64,000 nucleotides of DNA from Octopus sinensis (GCF_006345805.1 NC_043017.1:23064001-23128000), one strand, 5' to 3'; positions 1-13,022 are shown, counted from the first letter of the stretch. Notes: a model not told the origin generated them from the sequence alone. Program-made: numbers and translations.

Positions 1-323
1 ACATTAAAAATCAGTGAATGTGTAGAGAGCAAGTGGATGAGACGGGAAGTAAATTTGATGCTTTAATTCCAGTTCTTATCTGGCTCGTCAGCAGGCGTTA
101 AGTGTGACTCAACTTTAAGATAGCATAAGTAAAATAAACAAACAAACAAATAGATAGATAATGAGATAGAGAGGAAGTCAAGGGAGGCGAAACTTGGACT
201 ATATAAAACAGCCAGCAAAGGCGCAAACGAAAAAAAGGATCGTAGAGGATCGTACATGTGGATAAGAATACTGTTAACGTAAAGTAGACTGAGGGAAAAG
301 ACGGACTTACAAGGGACATACGA

Positions 324-360
<37 letters not shown>

Positions 361-910
361 ACGTACACAAAGCTGAGGCTGGATGACATAACATTAGTGA
401 AGAAAGATGAAAAATATAAAGCAAGAAATGGGAGTGGAGTCTAAGAAAGGAAGGAAGGGAAGATAAAAGCGATCACAGTACAGTAAACGAAAGGGAACTG
501 TGAAAGAACGTGTACATTCGTATCTAATACTTGTGAGTTAAGAATCTCGGGGGAATAAATTAGGTTGAAGATTAAGGATCCGAAAAATGGAAATATCATA
601 TTTCCGCCCAAGTCCTAGTTGTCGTACGTTACGTTATTTCATTTTCTATTTTCATTCGGTTTTATGATTTGATTGAGCAGCCGACATCTTCTCGGCAACA
701 GACGACAACATTGGGGGAAGGAAATATTTGTATGTAGACATCATTGGAAAGAATAAAGAACAATCTGATCTGTTTAATCTTTTAAATGGTTTTAAATAGT
801 TTCTTTTTAACATTTCTAGAATTATGTAATATTCAACACAATTGCAGGATGTTAAATAGTGTGTGTACACTCGCGAACATAATATAAACAAATTCAGGGT
901 CAGCATAGCC

Positions 911-1060
911 CAGTGGTTCCCAAACTTTTTAGAGTCGCGACCCACTATTTATCACACCAGTTTATGACGACTCTACTGAGTATCGCGATAGACAGCAGTT
1001 AATCAAAGCTAATGCATAATTTTATAATTTTTTGCGACCCACTAAGTTTGGGAACCACTG
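911..1060. mobile_element. hAT (Charlie-type) MITE, 150 bp
   Basis: TIR CAGTGGTTCCCAAACT / AGTTTGGGAACCACTG; perfect 8-bp TSD GCATAGCC (903-910, 1061-1068). Confidence 0.9.
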
Positions 1061-1153
1061 GCATAGCCTAATGGTTAAGAAGTTTATTTCGTTGTATTGA
1101 GGTCTAGGGTTCGATCCCACTGCAATGGTACTTTGAACTAGTTCTTTTATTAT

Positions 1154-1386
1154 TATTTCTTTACTGCCCACAAGGGGCTAAACACAGAGAGGACAAACAA
1201 GGACAGACAAAGGGATTAAGTCGATTAGATCGACCCCAGTGCGTAACTGGTACTTATTTAATCGACCCCGAAAGGATGAAAGGCAAAGTCGACCTCGGCG
1301 GAATTTGAACTCAGAACGTAACAACAGATGAAATACTGCTAAGCATTTCGCCCGGCGTGCTAACGTTTCTGCCAGCTCGCCGCCTT
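1154..1386 (-). mobile_element. tRNA-derived SINE, family A
   Basis: Head GGCGGCGAGCTGGCAGAAACGTTAGC with B-box-like GAGTTCAAATTCC; 16-bp TSD CTAGTTCTTTTATTAT (1138-1153, 1387-1402). Confidence 0.9.
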
Positions 1387-1694
1387 CTAGTTCTTTTATT
1401 ATGGCTTAGCTAGGTTTTGGTTATTATTGGCCCAGACCATGTCAGACTTAATAGCACCACTCGGCACAGTCTTTCAAGTGAGGTTTTAGACATTGTAATG
1501 CACTTGAAATGGGAGTTGTTTGCCGAGATGTACCCGAAGGTCGGTGCTTTGTCAGGTATTTCGAGGAGGAATTTGTCCAGGTATCATCTGAATGTTATGT
1601 GGTCTTTTTCTTCTTTTAGTATCTTTCGGAATAATATTTGAATAAAGCAGGTGTCGACCGAGGTAGAAATGCTGTGTCGCATGGTTTCAAAGTA

Positions 1695-2095
1695 CAGTCA
1701 AACCTCAACTTACGCCATTTCGAGTTACGTCATTTTTTTTTTTTTTTTTTTTACGTTGCCATTTTTTTCCTTTTAAATAACTTAATAGAAAAAAATCTCA
1801 ACCTCAGTTAATTTATTCGACTTTATGGCGGCCTCGACGAACATATTTACCGACTATTGAAAAGGTTGCAAGACACAACGAAAATTTTAGAAAAATAAAG
1901 AAGGAAATGAGTGGAAATTTTACCGGTGTATGTGTGTGTGTGTGTGTGTTAAATTATAAGGCACTAAGAGAGAAGCTCTCTCCCCAGACTCAACAGAATA
2001 AACGTTAATAAATATTCTTTTTGATGCTTTTTCGTGTTACGTCGTTTTTCGAGTTAGGTCGGTATTACCATGTGACTTAAGTCGAGGTATACTTG
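1695..2095. mobile_element. Tigger/pogo-like non-autonomous element with a nested half copy of the palindromic MITE family
   Basis: TA-CAGTCAAACCTCAACTTA ... TAAGTCGAGGTATACTTG imperfect TIR; 1850-2010 matches 9055-9230 and 35350-35610. Confidence 0.55.
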
Positions 2096-3429
2096 TGTTT
2101 ATCAGGACCCGATCATTAAAAGAATGTCTGTTTGCTTATTGCATTCTTTTGTTTGTTTATTTATTTTTCATTTCTGCATATTGTAACATTAATTAATTAT
2201 TTATTTTCTTTTTTTTTCTTTTACGTGCTTTTTTTTTAAATATTTTCTTTCAATGTTTTTACTCTCACATTTTCTGTGTAGTGGTGTGTGTGGGGGTAAG
2301 ATTCATTGTTAATTAATTAGAATTAAGTGGGGTAAATGAATGTACGAACGTGTTATTTACTTAACAAACATTCGCCAAATTTTCTTGTAGTCGCCCATTC
2401 TGTTACCAACTAAAACAATCATCTCATTAAATAATTATTCCATAGAATTACCATTCCAAATGTTTTCAATTTTTTTTGCTAAGAATATTTCAGTATATAT
2501 TTTGATAAAAATTGCATGGAAACGCCCAATGGTAATTTAAATGACTGTTCTCCGGCTTGACGTGTGGCGGTTCGACCGACCTGACGGGTGGCGGTTCGGC
2601 ACCCCTCACCTCTCGACCGTGTTACTTCCATACATCTATATACATCACCTAAAAAGCAAAAATGGTTCACCGTCGAAGCCGATAGTGAATAATCAGATGT
2701 TCACTCGATTGAGCTATCAACTAATTAAATTTTAGTGCAAGTGGCTGGGTAGACCGCAGACACGCGTAACATAATCTTCCTACAGAATCAGTGCGACGGT
2801 GTCTGGTGTGACAAGGCTAGACCTTTCATGTTATAGGTTCAATCCACCGACGAGCTTCAGCACAATTTCCGTCTACACATTTTCACTTATAAGACTTGGG
2901 TAGATCTGAGGTTATGGTTGCTCTTTTATGGGATCGAACCTGGAAGCTCTGTATTGCGAAGTAAACACTTTAACCACTCAGCTAATGCTACATCCATTCA
3001 TGTAGTTACCAGCCTGCGTAGACATGAATGAAACCCCACACCTGTAAGCCTGTTAAGTTGTCGGGGCACACCTAAAGAACCGGTGTTCGTAGAATTGTTG
3101 AAAGGACGAATATATTAGTGATGCTTCATTTCCCTCTGTGGACCCTTAGAGGGAGTCTAACCCCCAGGAGTTGCACTCCAAGTTGAAGTATTATTATTAC
3201 GCCATTGTTGGTGTCACAGACTGACTGGTTGTTCCTGGGCACACATTGTGTGTGTGTGAACACACACACTCTCTCTCTCTTTCTCTCGTCAGATGAAAAG
3301 TTCTTAAATGTAAATAAAGTAAATATTCTACTTTTATTTCGTTTCTTTGGAAAATTTATGGACTTGCTATACCTGTATATAAATAAAGGAACAGCTCCTT
3401 CATTTGTTCTAACTTTATTATTATCAATA

Positions 3430-3727
3430 CATTGACAAGACCTATAATTGTTTCAATTCATTGCTTATCGTATAAAATCAATCAAATTTGATTTAGTTAA
3501 ATCAGTTTGGTTAATTATTATAATCCAGAATATCACCAGGGAAGAACGTACAAAGAAACTTAAATTAACCAAATTGATTTTTTTATATACTATAAGCAAT
3601 GAATTGAAACAATTGTAGGTCTTGTCAATGAATTAGTAAATTTTTATTAATCTTATCTCCATCTTGTCTCTTGGTTTTTATAATATGTGTGTGTGCCTAT
3701 ATTATAAGGTATTCAACCAGTCTAATT
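3430..3727. mobile_element. Foldback element, copy 1 (left arm truncated)
   Basis: Near-identical to 6265-6565, including ~50 bp of right flank. Confidence 0.75.
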
Positions 3728-4849
3728 CCATACATTACGAAAGATGAATTCTGTGTGTGTGTGCGTATGTAATTAGTTGACTGGGAGTTTAGTTTTAGCT
3801 TTTTAACTTGTGACTTCACTAGTTAAACCGCCCTTTAAAGGAAAACTTGAAGTCCCAATCAAACAGGATTAACAAATTTGACTCTAGTGTGACTATAAAA
3901 TGTCTCCATTATTTTTCAGTAAATTCACCACGTGAAATACACACACACACACTCAGAAATAGGCATGTACTGTACAAAAATAAAATAATAAAATACAAAA
4001 AAAATACTTAGTTTCCAATTGACCAAATACAAATACTATTATAGCCTAACAATATTTGTTTAATAGACCGACTTAAAAGAAACTTTACTGTGCAGCCGGA
4101 TGTTTTTCCTGATTGCAATAAGAACGTCTGATGCAAATTCTGATCTGGAAGACCTACCATCAGCAACTTTAGTAAGGATCATCTACTGCCTCCCACCCAA
4201 CACACACAAACACACACCATATTAATGATGTCATCCGTATTCTATGCTGGCATGGTTTTGGCGATTCAACTAGCCTGGGTCTGCCTTGGTAAAGTTTCTA
4301 TAGTTGACTGCCTTTCCTAATACCAACATCTTCTCAATGTGTATTGGGTGCTATTCTTTGATTTTGTGGCACTAGTACTTGTGAGGTCATCAGGTTATCT
4401 CGCAGAACAAAGACCCCTGACTGAGTTGGGGTTTGCAGTATTGGGGTAGGTAGCTTTTTGCCAGATATTGAGAGGCTAAAGTATGAAAGGGTGGGGGCAA
4501 GAACAGGTCTCTTGCTGTTGAGGAAAATACATGGCTACCCCAGCAAAGAAAAGGGAGAGAGGATGGTGGAGATGTGGTATCAACGTGTAACATATTTTTT
4601 TTCTTTTAATGCGGTAGGACGTGCGTTGAGGGAGTGAGATTTTGTTGCTATTTTCAGCAGGTCTAGCTACTAAACTGACTAGGGATGGCAAAATTGCTTG
4701 ATAAATAGAAACAAGGATTGCTTATGCTCTAGAGACGCAACATGCTTTTAAAATTATATTTATAAGTAAGCAAATCTACTTTTACATAATTTTACTCACT
4801 AAACAGCTTTAACAGCTAGATTTTAAATAGTTTTGAAAATCGTCAACTA

Positions 4850-5270
4850 GGCGCTGGTGTGGTTGTGTAGTGAGAAGTTTGTTTCCCAAATATATAGTTC
4901 CGGGTTCAATCTCACAGCGTGGCACCTTGAGCAAGGGTCTTCTGTAGCCTTGAGCTGACCAAAGTCTTTTGAATGGATTTGGTAGACAGAAATTGAAAAG
5001 AAGCCTATTGTATACATTTTTTTATGTGTATGTGTGTGTCTTTGTGTCTGTTGCTCCCCCCCCCCCCCCCCGCCATCACCGCTTGACAACCGGCGTTGGT
5101 ATTTTTCTGTTTCCGTAAATTAGCGGTTCGGCAAAAGAGAACGATAGAATAAGAACCAGGCTTTAAAAAAATAAGTACTGGAGTCAATTCATTCAGCCAA
5201 AGATTCTTCAAAATGGGGCCCCAGCATGGCCGCAGTCTAATGATTGAAACGAGTGGAAGTTGAAAGATAT
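4850..5270 (+). mobile_element. tRNA-derived SINE, family B
   Basis: tRNA-like head ...TCCGGGTTCAATCTC, body GGATTTGGTAGACAGAAATTGAAAAGAAGCC, tail CCCCAGCATGGCCGCAG...TGAAAC. Related copies at 31125-31500, 31610-31860, 38100-38260, 42680-42845, 56735-56870. Confidence 0.75.
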
Positions 5271-5294
5271 TACAAATATGAAGTCATTAAAATC

Positions 5295-5682
5295 CTCTCC
5301 CTCTCCATTTCTCTCTCCCTCACTCCCTCTCCATTTCTCTCTCCCTCACTCCCTCTCCATTTCTCTCTCCCTCACTCCCTCTCCATTTCTCTCTTCCGCC
5401 CTCCCTCTCCATTTCTCTCTCCCTCACTCCCTCTCCATTTCTCTCTCCCTCACTCCTCTCCATTTCTCTCCCTCACTCCTCTCCATTTCTCTCTCCTCAC
5501 TCCCTCTCCATTTCTCTCTCCCTCACTCCCTCTCCATTTCTCTCTCCCTCACTCCCTCTCCATTTCTCTCTCCCTCACTCCCTCTCCATTTCTCTCTCCC
5601 TCACTCCCTCTCCATTTCTCTCTCCCTCACTCCCTCTCCATTTCTCTCTCCCGCCCTCCCTTTCTCTCTCTCTCTCTCTCTC
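5295..5682. repeat. 26-bp pyrimidine-rich minisatellite (CTCCCTCTCCATTTCTCTCTCCCTCA), ~14 copies
   Basis: Directly visible; 26-residue periodicity in the spurious ORFs. Confidence 0.95.
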
Positions 5683-6222
5683 CCACTGATTTGAATTATA
5701 GCGAATATTTGCCAATGGCAGGAGACCAATGCTGTTGTTCGGACATTTTCATAAAATAAGAATTTTCATTTTGCTCAGGTTATCAAAAAGACGGTTAATC
5801 TTATCAAGTTTTGATTCATTTTTTTTCTTTTTTTTTTGTTAGGTCTTTGTTCAGTGATTGCTTCTTGTTCTTTGGGGGGGGGGGCTTTTTTTCTTCTTTT
5901 TTTGAAGAATTTAGTTTTCTTTTAAAACTGTTGATTGCTACTTTATTATTGATTTTAAGATGGGGGGGGGTACCAGCCTGAATGGTTACAGGCTGGTATA
6001 TAGATTATACTAGAAGAGTTTCTTCACTTTTCTAATGTTAATACTGGGTCGTCGAGAGGGACTGTATCAAATAAAGAATTCACCCCAACACTACCTTATC
6101 GCCTCTTCTTTCTCATTGCCTTTCTATCTCGCTCACAGATACCCCCTCCTTCCCTCCCCTTCATAATAATCTGTTGCTAATCCAAGTATTCTCTTTCTCT
6201 CTCTATATATATATATATGAAT

Positions 6223-6515
6223 AAACCAAGAGATATGGAGATAAGATTGATAAAATTTTATTAATTCATTGACAAGACCTATAGTTGTTTCAATTCATTG
6301 TTTAACGTATAAAATCAATCAAATCTGATTTAATTAAATCAGTTCGGTTAATTATTATAACCCAGAATATCATCAGGGAAGAACGTACAAAGAAACTTAA
6401 ATTAACCAAATTGATTTTTTTTATATACTATAAGCAATGAATTGAAACAATTGTAGGTCTTGTCAGTGTATTAGCAATTTTTTATTAATCTTATCTCTAT
6501 CTCATCTCTTGGTTT
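6223..6515. mobile_element. Foldback element, copy 2, ~90-bp imperfect inverted arms, next to (TA)n
   Basis: AAACCAAGAGA...GACAAGACCTATAGTTGTTTCAATTCATTG mirrored by CAATGAATTGAAACAATTGTAGGTCTTGTC...TCTCTTGGTTT. Confidence 0.8.
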
Positions 6516-7251
6516 CTATAATATGTGTGTGTGCCTATATTATAAGGTATTCAACCAGTCTAATCCTGGATATTTCTGTCCGTCTGAGGTTTATATATCC
6601 TTACTTGTACTTATATAAATATACAAATAACGCGCACAAACAAACCCTTGTGGTTGACTATGCATGAGATTGTATTGTCTATAACACTAAAACTTCTAAG
6701 TCTTTTCTTTCATAATTTTGCAATAAAGTAACCATGATGACTTATCTCTTTAACCTAAATTTCCTATCGTCCCAAAATGTATGTTAGATAGCATGTATGT
6801 TTACAGTATTGTTGTTGCTGCTGCGTGTATAGAGGGATTATGTGCATTGTCAGAATGTGTAATCACCATTGCATAATCTTTGTATTTCTATATCGTTGCA
6901 ATATATCGCTTTATTATTACTAAAATACAAAATCGTATTGTTATTGGCAATTACTAAATAATTATCCAGTAATTATGAATTCAAAATAGTAGGGGCTTAT
7001 GTTGTTCATTTAGAGACTATTCGTTATCTGAAATATAGAAATCCACCGTTGCCACTACCAAAATCTTTTATAACTACGGTATAACAATGATTTTATATGT
7101 ATTAGGAATTTTTTCGTTTTTATTAATTTTTTAAATTTACAATATTGCTTTTTATATTTTTATTTATTTATTTTTTTTAATTCTGGCTCTTTTGTAATCC
7201 CATTTCGCTGATTATGCTAAGAATATACCACTTTGTTCGTACATGTTTTAG

Positions 7252-7542
7252 GACAATACTACAACACTTTCTGCCGCCGACCCTAAGCCCTTCCAAACGT
7301 CTCCGATCAATCCGGACGCCATTCCAATGTGGGGACCCGACAAAATGGGTAGTTTTGTGGACGATACGTTCAGTAAGATGCCACCGCCGCCCATGCACTC
7401 GAACGATTCTGCGAGCGCTGACCTGTTTCTCCTGGAACAGCAGATGCAGAAAATGCAGGAGGATTTATGCGAGATGACCCGTCGATTCCACGAAGGAACT
7501 TTGGAGAAAACAAACTCAATCGATAACGAACAAAATCAATAA
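7252..7542 (+). CDS. Probable terminal coding exon of an unidentified gene whose upstream exons were not found; ends in a short predicted coiled coil
   Basis: Acceptor ...gttttag at 7250-7251, then an open phase-0 frame DNTTTLSAADPKPFQTSPINPDAIPMWGPDKMGSFVDDTFSKMPPPPMHSNDSASADLFLLEQQMQKMQEDLCEMTRRFHEGTLEKTNSIDNEQNQ*. GC/CpG-richer than the AT-rich flanks. No family recognised. Confidence 0.6.
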   Translation, partial: DNTTTLSAADPKPFQTSPINPDAIPMWGPDKMGSFVDDTFSKMPPPPMHSNDSASADLFLLEQQMQKMQEDLCEMTRRFHEGTLEKTNSIDNEQNQ

Positions 7543-8508
7543 GAAATCGATGCGACGGTGCTTGAAGAACTGAAGTTTTAAAGAATTCGGAAACAGAAGT
7601 GCATGCACCATATTTGTTCTAAAATTCCCACCCTGTAAGATATTAATCAATACCCAAGACTAGGTTCGAAATTGCATCCCTTTTCTTATATCTGGCACCA
7701 AAACCTAAACAGTAAATGAAAACTAATAACTCACTCGAAGCTTAGGAAAGTCTTTGATAACCAATTCCTGAGAATGAAAAGAAAAACGATAACACTTAAT
7801 CAAATTCTGGAATTCTAGCAATAATTTCTGTTAACTTTAAACATTTTGTCCACAGAGGGATCCTTGCATGTATTATTTAATTATTTATTCTATTTATTCA
7901 TTGAGCTTCCTGTAATAACTCATTCATTTATTCTTGCCTCAAGCAAAACCATTTAGGATTCAGGCTGATATTGTTACTTCTATATTTATCCAATCCTTTT
8001 CTTGCAGTCAGTGGAGATAAGCCTTTAACCGTTTTTTATATCATCTCGCCTGAAACAGCTCTTAGTTCCTTGATATAAACTTCTTGCTTCATTTTAAAGG
8101 GCTCTAAATTAAGTCCTTCCATCAAAATTTCATGTTAATTCATATTCTAAATCCATTTTAATACTGACAGTCATTTTACTAAATTTTTTGCTATTTTAAA
8201 AACCAACTGAAAGGCAGTGCATTTCATCTTAAATATGGTAACAAAAAGATTGATTCTTTGCCTGTTCTCTGTATCACGTAATACACAGGACATATTTCCC
8301 TGGCTTTCATGAAGTATGAGGCACATTCCTAGTTTTTGTTTTTCCGACCACCAAACTTGGCAACCACTTCGTGCTGTTGTGTCGCTGTAGAAAACTTTGA
8401 TTTAATGTATGATACTAAGAGCAAGAGGAAATAGTTTTCTAAACATGACGAAGGGTCCTGCCTTAAATCATCGTATCTTTCCTCTTCCTTTTAGCAAAGA
8501 AATATCTA

Positions 8509-8716
8509 TTTCTTTAGTACCCACAAGGGGCTAAACACAGAGGGGACAAACAAGGACAAACGGATTAAGTCGATTATATCGACCCCAGTGCATAACTAGT
8601 ACTTATTTAATCGACCACGAAAGGATGAAAGGCAAAGTCGACCTCGGCGGAATTTGAACTCAGATCGTAAATCATTTCGCCCTGTGTGCTAACGATTCTG
8701 CCAGCTCGCCGCCTCT
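8509..8716 (-). mobile_element. SINE family A
   Basis: 20-bp perfect TSD TTTTAGCAAAGAAATATCTA (8489-8508, 8717-8736). Confidence 0.92.
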
Positions 8717-9611
8717 TTTTAGCAAAGAAATATCTAAGAAGGCTTGTCAGTCCGCCTTATGGAATTTACGAAAAGAAAGCTTTCTTATTACTCAGAAAGT
8801 ACGAAACAAAGGCTAAATAAAGGTGCAAAACCAAGCCTGGGCGTTTTGGACTCACCTAACGAAAATTCTTTGGACAGGCAAAGAGTTAAGGAACTAATTA
8901 CTGTTCAGCTAATTACCCAGTGCTCTAAAGAACCAGATAGACTCCGCTCACATTTTACCTTATGATAACCTCCTGAGAAACAGTTTCCTTCCACCACATC
9001 TCCTCTAACTTTGTATCCCCACCCCTTTGAATATAAGCGTAAGGGTAGCTTGTATTTGATTTCTGTAGAAATTTCTTTCAAATTCTGTTGTGTCTGGGGA
9101 GAATCATTTTCTTTTTGTGCCTTATAATTTAACACACTCACCGGTAAAATTTCCACTTATTCCTTATTTTTATTTTCCTAAAATTTTCGTTGCGTCTTGC
9201 AACCTTTTCAATAGTCTTGACTTTCTTTCCAGTGGCTTCTTGAAACTTTTCATCAGATTGCCATTATTTTCTTCCTCCTGACAAATTCCTATAGCACCAC
9301 TTTTGTACGTTTTGCAGTCTCATCACTTCCTTGCTGTCCAATGTCTATCGAGTATTTGGAACAGTTCTTTTGCAGACTTCTGTAATATTTCTGCCCGTTT
9401 TATTTTATTCACTAGTATTTGGTACATAAAGCCATATGTAATTGAAATAGAGTACATAGATTTATATGCATCCAATTTCCAGATGTTTCTCATAAAAATG
9501 AAAGACTTCTACTTAAATCTGATTTCTTATTTGCATTCATTCTACATTTTAGGTATTCATTGCATGTTTTGCATTCATGCAGGAAATGCATGCATGTGTG
9601 TGTGTGATGTC

Positions 9612-9650
<39 letters not shown>

Positions 9651-11203
9651 TGTAAAACAGGGGTGGAGTAACTTTAGTGAGACAGGCAAAAATTTCCAAA
9701 GGAAAAGGTCCTCGGGTGGATCACAAGTTCTAACTCTTACATCTGTATAAATCTTGTATATATCTATGTATAATTCGATACACATTAATAAAGATAAGTT
9801 TTAAGACATTAAATTAACGCGTAACATCTTCATTAGCGCCGCCACTGAATTTTATATTACTTATGAGGGATTCTGTATTTTTCAGCTAGAGTATAGTTGG
9901 GTCTCAAGGGGGTGATACAAACCCAGTTATATGCATTTTATAGTGAAAGCAAAATTTCCATTTAAATGGCAATTACCGGACGGTTTTCTATTCGAGTTTC
10001 ACCGTTTTAAGTCGTATTGGAAACGCGACCTATGCCTCAAATAGACATACGAATATTGTATAAATTTTTATAATTGAAAAATTTACTATATTTTGTACAT
10101 ATGAGTACACCACCCTGCGGGTGCAATAGAGTGGGCTCACGGGCACAATTGCGCCCGCGGGCGGGGTTTCCTCACCCTTGATGTGTAAAGTATGTTATTT
10201 CAATATTCAGGATACTCCCCGGTTTTTCTATATTCAGTTTCTCTCCCCTCATGTCTATGTCTATATCTCTATCTCTCTCTCGTGCGTGCGCGCACTCTGC
10301 TGGACCTTCTTCCATTGATGTTGTGAACGTGTACTCTCTCTCTCTCCATATATATAAAACCCTCACGCGCAAGCGCACGCATTTTCACATCGAGCTCTCT
10401 CTCTCTCTCTTTCATCATCATATTTTTGTTTAGATATGTCGTATTGTGTGTGTGTTTCGTGCTTCAACATAAATACTCCTATGTATGTCTTGCTATGTGA
10501 ATGTGTGAGAAAGGAGAGAGAGAGAACAGGTACGTGCTCTATCTGCGCATATTCATTGCATTAACATACGGACCATTTCATTAATGGCTGCAAAACCCAG
10601 TACACATAGTGTTTGTGACAAGGAGGTAGGGTGTGGGGCTAAATGAACCACTACTAAGGCCGCTTAGGTTGTAAATCAAACAATCTTCTATAAGTGGCTT
10701 ATCTCAATTCACCAATGTTTCCAATTTGTCTAATCTACGAAGCACGAATCAACTCTAAAAACACTCTGGGTCCCGTGTGCGTGTGTATGTGCATGCTTGT
10801 GTGTGTGTGGATGTACGTGAGTATGTGTGTAGATTCAATCTTGACACATTTCGCTTCGACTTTAAATGTTCTTTTAGTCTGTTAGTATCGGTAAAAGACT
10901 TGGTTTTTCGGATTAGCTAATCCTTCGTTCCTGAAGATAATGTCCCTTCATTTTTCTTCCTGGCTTCTTCGTATAAGGCCTTGTCATTAGAACATGCCGG
11001 AAGTTGGGGGTTTCTCTACTTTCTGTTTTCTATTAGATTATGAAAACACCTGCAAGTAAGAGGTGGCAACCGCCTCAACCAAATATATTTCCCCCCTGCT
11101 CCCTCTCTTTATATATGTTTCTCCCTCTCATTGTATGCTCTCCCCTCTCTTACTATGTCTCTTCCTCTCTCATATACGAGTACATGTTTGTATGTATGTA
11201 TGT

Positions 11204-11239
<36 letters not shown>

Positions 11240-11389
11240 CATTTACTCGTGTAATAGTCGCACTATTTTATGCTAAATCTTAACTGAAAGAACTGGGGTG
11301 TGACTGTTACACGTGTAAATACGGCAAAAATATCAATATCTCTCTCCTCTCTCTCTTTCTCTCTCTCTCTCACACATGTGTATTCCAGA

Positions 11390-12064
11390 AGTCTTGAAGC
11401 TTTTTTAAGGAACGACATTTATTAATTGCAAAGAAATACAAAACTCTATTCTCCTTCAAAGTAGAACCCTCTGATCTCAATACGTTTGTTGTATCGCTCC
11501 GATTACTTCGTGAAGACCTCAAGGAAGTCCTCTAAAGTGAAGGTATCTAAGACCCTTGTCACAGCATCCTTCATCATCTTCTGCTTAAGAACAACCAAAA
11601 GTTCACAGGGAGCAAGATCTGGACTGTGGAGAGGGTGAGGGACAGTTTTGATGCTCATTTTTGTCAGGTAGCTGGTTACCAAGATGAAATTGTGTTCTGG
11701 TGCATTGTCTTGGTACAAGTGTTCTTGTCTTTGGCGACGATGTCTCTTCCGGAATTCTCTAAAGAGCTCTCCTAAGCACTCTTTGTTGATCGTCCGGTCA
11801 GAGGAAACCCAGTGGATGTTGATGCCCTGGTTGTCAAAAAAGAGGATCATCTTGAGATTCCCGGGGGACTTAATTTGCTTGGCCTCTTGTGCCAGCGAAA
11901 AATAGGTGTTCGGGTCATACAAGTCAATCCATAAACGGTCTGGAGCACCTCATAAGTATCTGTCACGTTTTTGCCCAGTTTGGCTCAAAATTTTGTTGCG
12001 TAGCGAACTTCCATATTGTCTCCACGATCCGATTGCATTCTGCAAATTAATCAGCCGTAACAAG
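11390..12064 (-). mobile_element. Internally deleted, degenerate mariner (DD34D-type) transposon
   Basis: N-terminal remnant MEVRYATKF*AKLGKNVTDTYEVLQTVYG (~12015-11930) joined to YDP...KMILFFD...YQDNAP...PHPLHSPDLAPCE (ORF 11503-11922). Confidence 0.85.
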
Positions 12065-12072
12065 CAGTGTTT

Positions 12073-12486
12073 GGATCTTTTCGGTTTGAACGGCAGTTTT
12101 TTCTAGCGGTGTCATATGAAATTGTCACCCATAACTATGACCCTAGTATCGATCTATTGCATTTCAATTTATTTTAGGGTTAGGGTTAGTGGGGAAGGGT
12201 ATCTTTTTTTTCTTCAAAAATGTAAATAAACCCAATCTGTTTCTTAAACGAGGGACATATTCATACGGCACAGAATGTTTATTACCTCAATACACGTCAT
12301 TGATTGGTTGAAATTGCAGAAATTGAAGAAAAAAAAACAACAAATATCTTACAAACTATAGAATTTTCTCAATAAAGCCAAAAGAAAAAGATGTTTTATA
12401 AACACATTCTACCAGTATACGAAGTTTAAAATTTTTCAGTTACCTAGAAATTATGTTAAAAACTGCCGTTCAAAAGGAAAAGATCC
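12073..12486. mobile_element. 414-bp MITE with GG...CC termini and 8-bp TSD (Merlin-like by these criteria)
   Basis: TIR GGATCTTTTCGGTTTGAACGGCAGTTTTT / AAAAACTGCCGTTCAAAAGGAAAAGATCC; TSD CAGTGTTT (12065-72, 12487-94); internal TTAGGGTTAGGGTTAG. Confidence 0.8.
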
Positions 12487-12950
12487 CAGTGTTTAAAGTA
12501 TTTAATAGGATGTATTCAAAGCGCTGTTAGAGTCGTCTCCTTCAATCTGGAACAACAGAAGTCAGCAGGTTAGCTTACAGGTATAGTAATGATATACTAA
12601 GATTACAATAATCTAAGACGGTTATATCTACCTCTCCTAAAAAAAAAAAAAAAAGGTTCAGACCTTCAGGAATGACTTCCTCTAACATTTCTAACATGTT
12701 TGTCTTCTCCCCCCCTTAGCCACACCGACCTAATCTACCTTCCTAAGATAATTCGTTTGTCTTGTTTAAGGTTGGTTTGTCTTCAACTGTCTCAATGTCT
12801 CCCTCTTTAATTAACAGCATTTCCAGTTTGTGGTTTTTATTTATTTGTTTCGCTATTTCTTTGAAATCTTAATAAACAACATTTATGTCTTTTATTTTTG
12901 TTTATATTTTCTTTTTTTTTTATTTTGTGTGAAATGAACTTTCGATTAGA

Positions 12951-12995
<45 letters not shown>

Positions 12996-13022
12996 TTTTT
13001 CTGATATATTGTTTACCTTCAT

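Noticed and set aside
652-945. Minus-strand 97-aa ORF as an exon
   Set aside because: Starts inside the hAT MITE, with no recognisable motif or partner exon.
12175-12190. Interstitial telomere or chromosome fusion scar
   Set aside because: Only ~2.5 units, internal to a TSD-flanked MITE.
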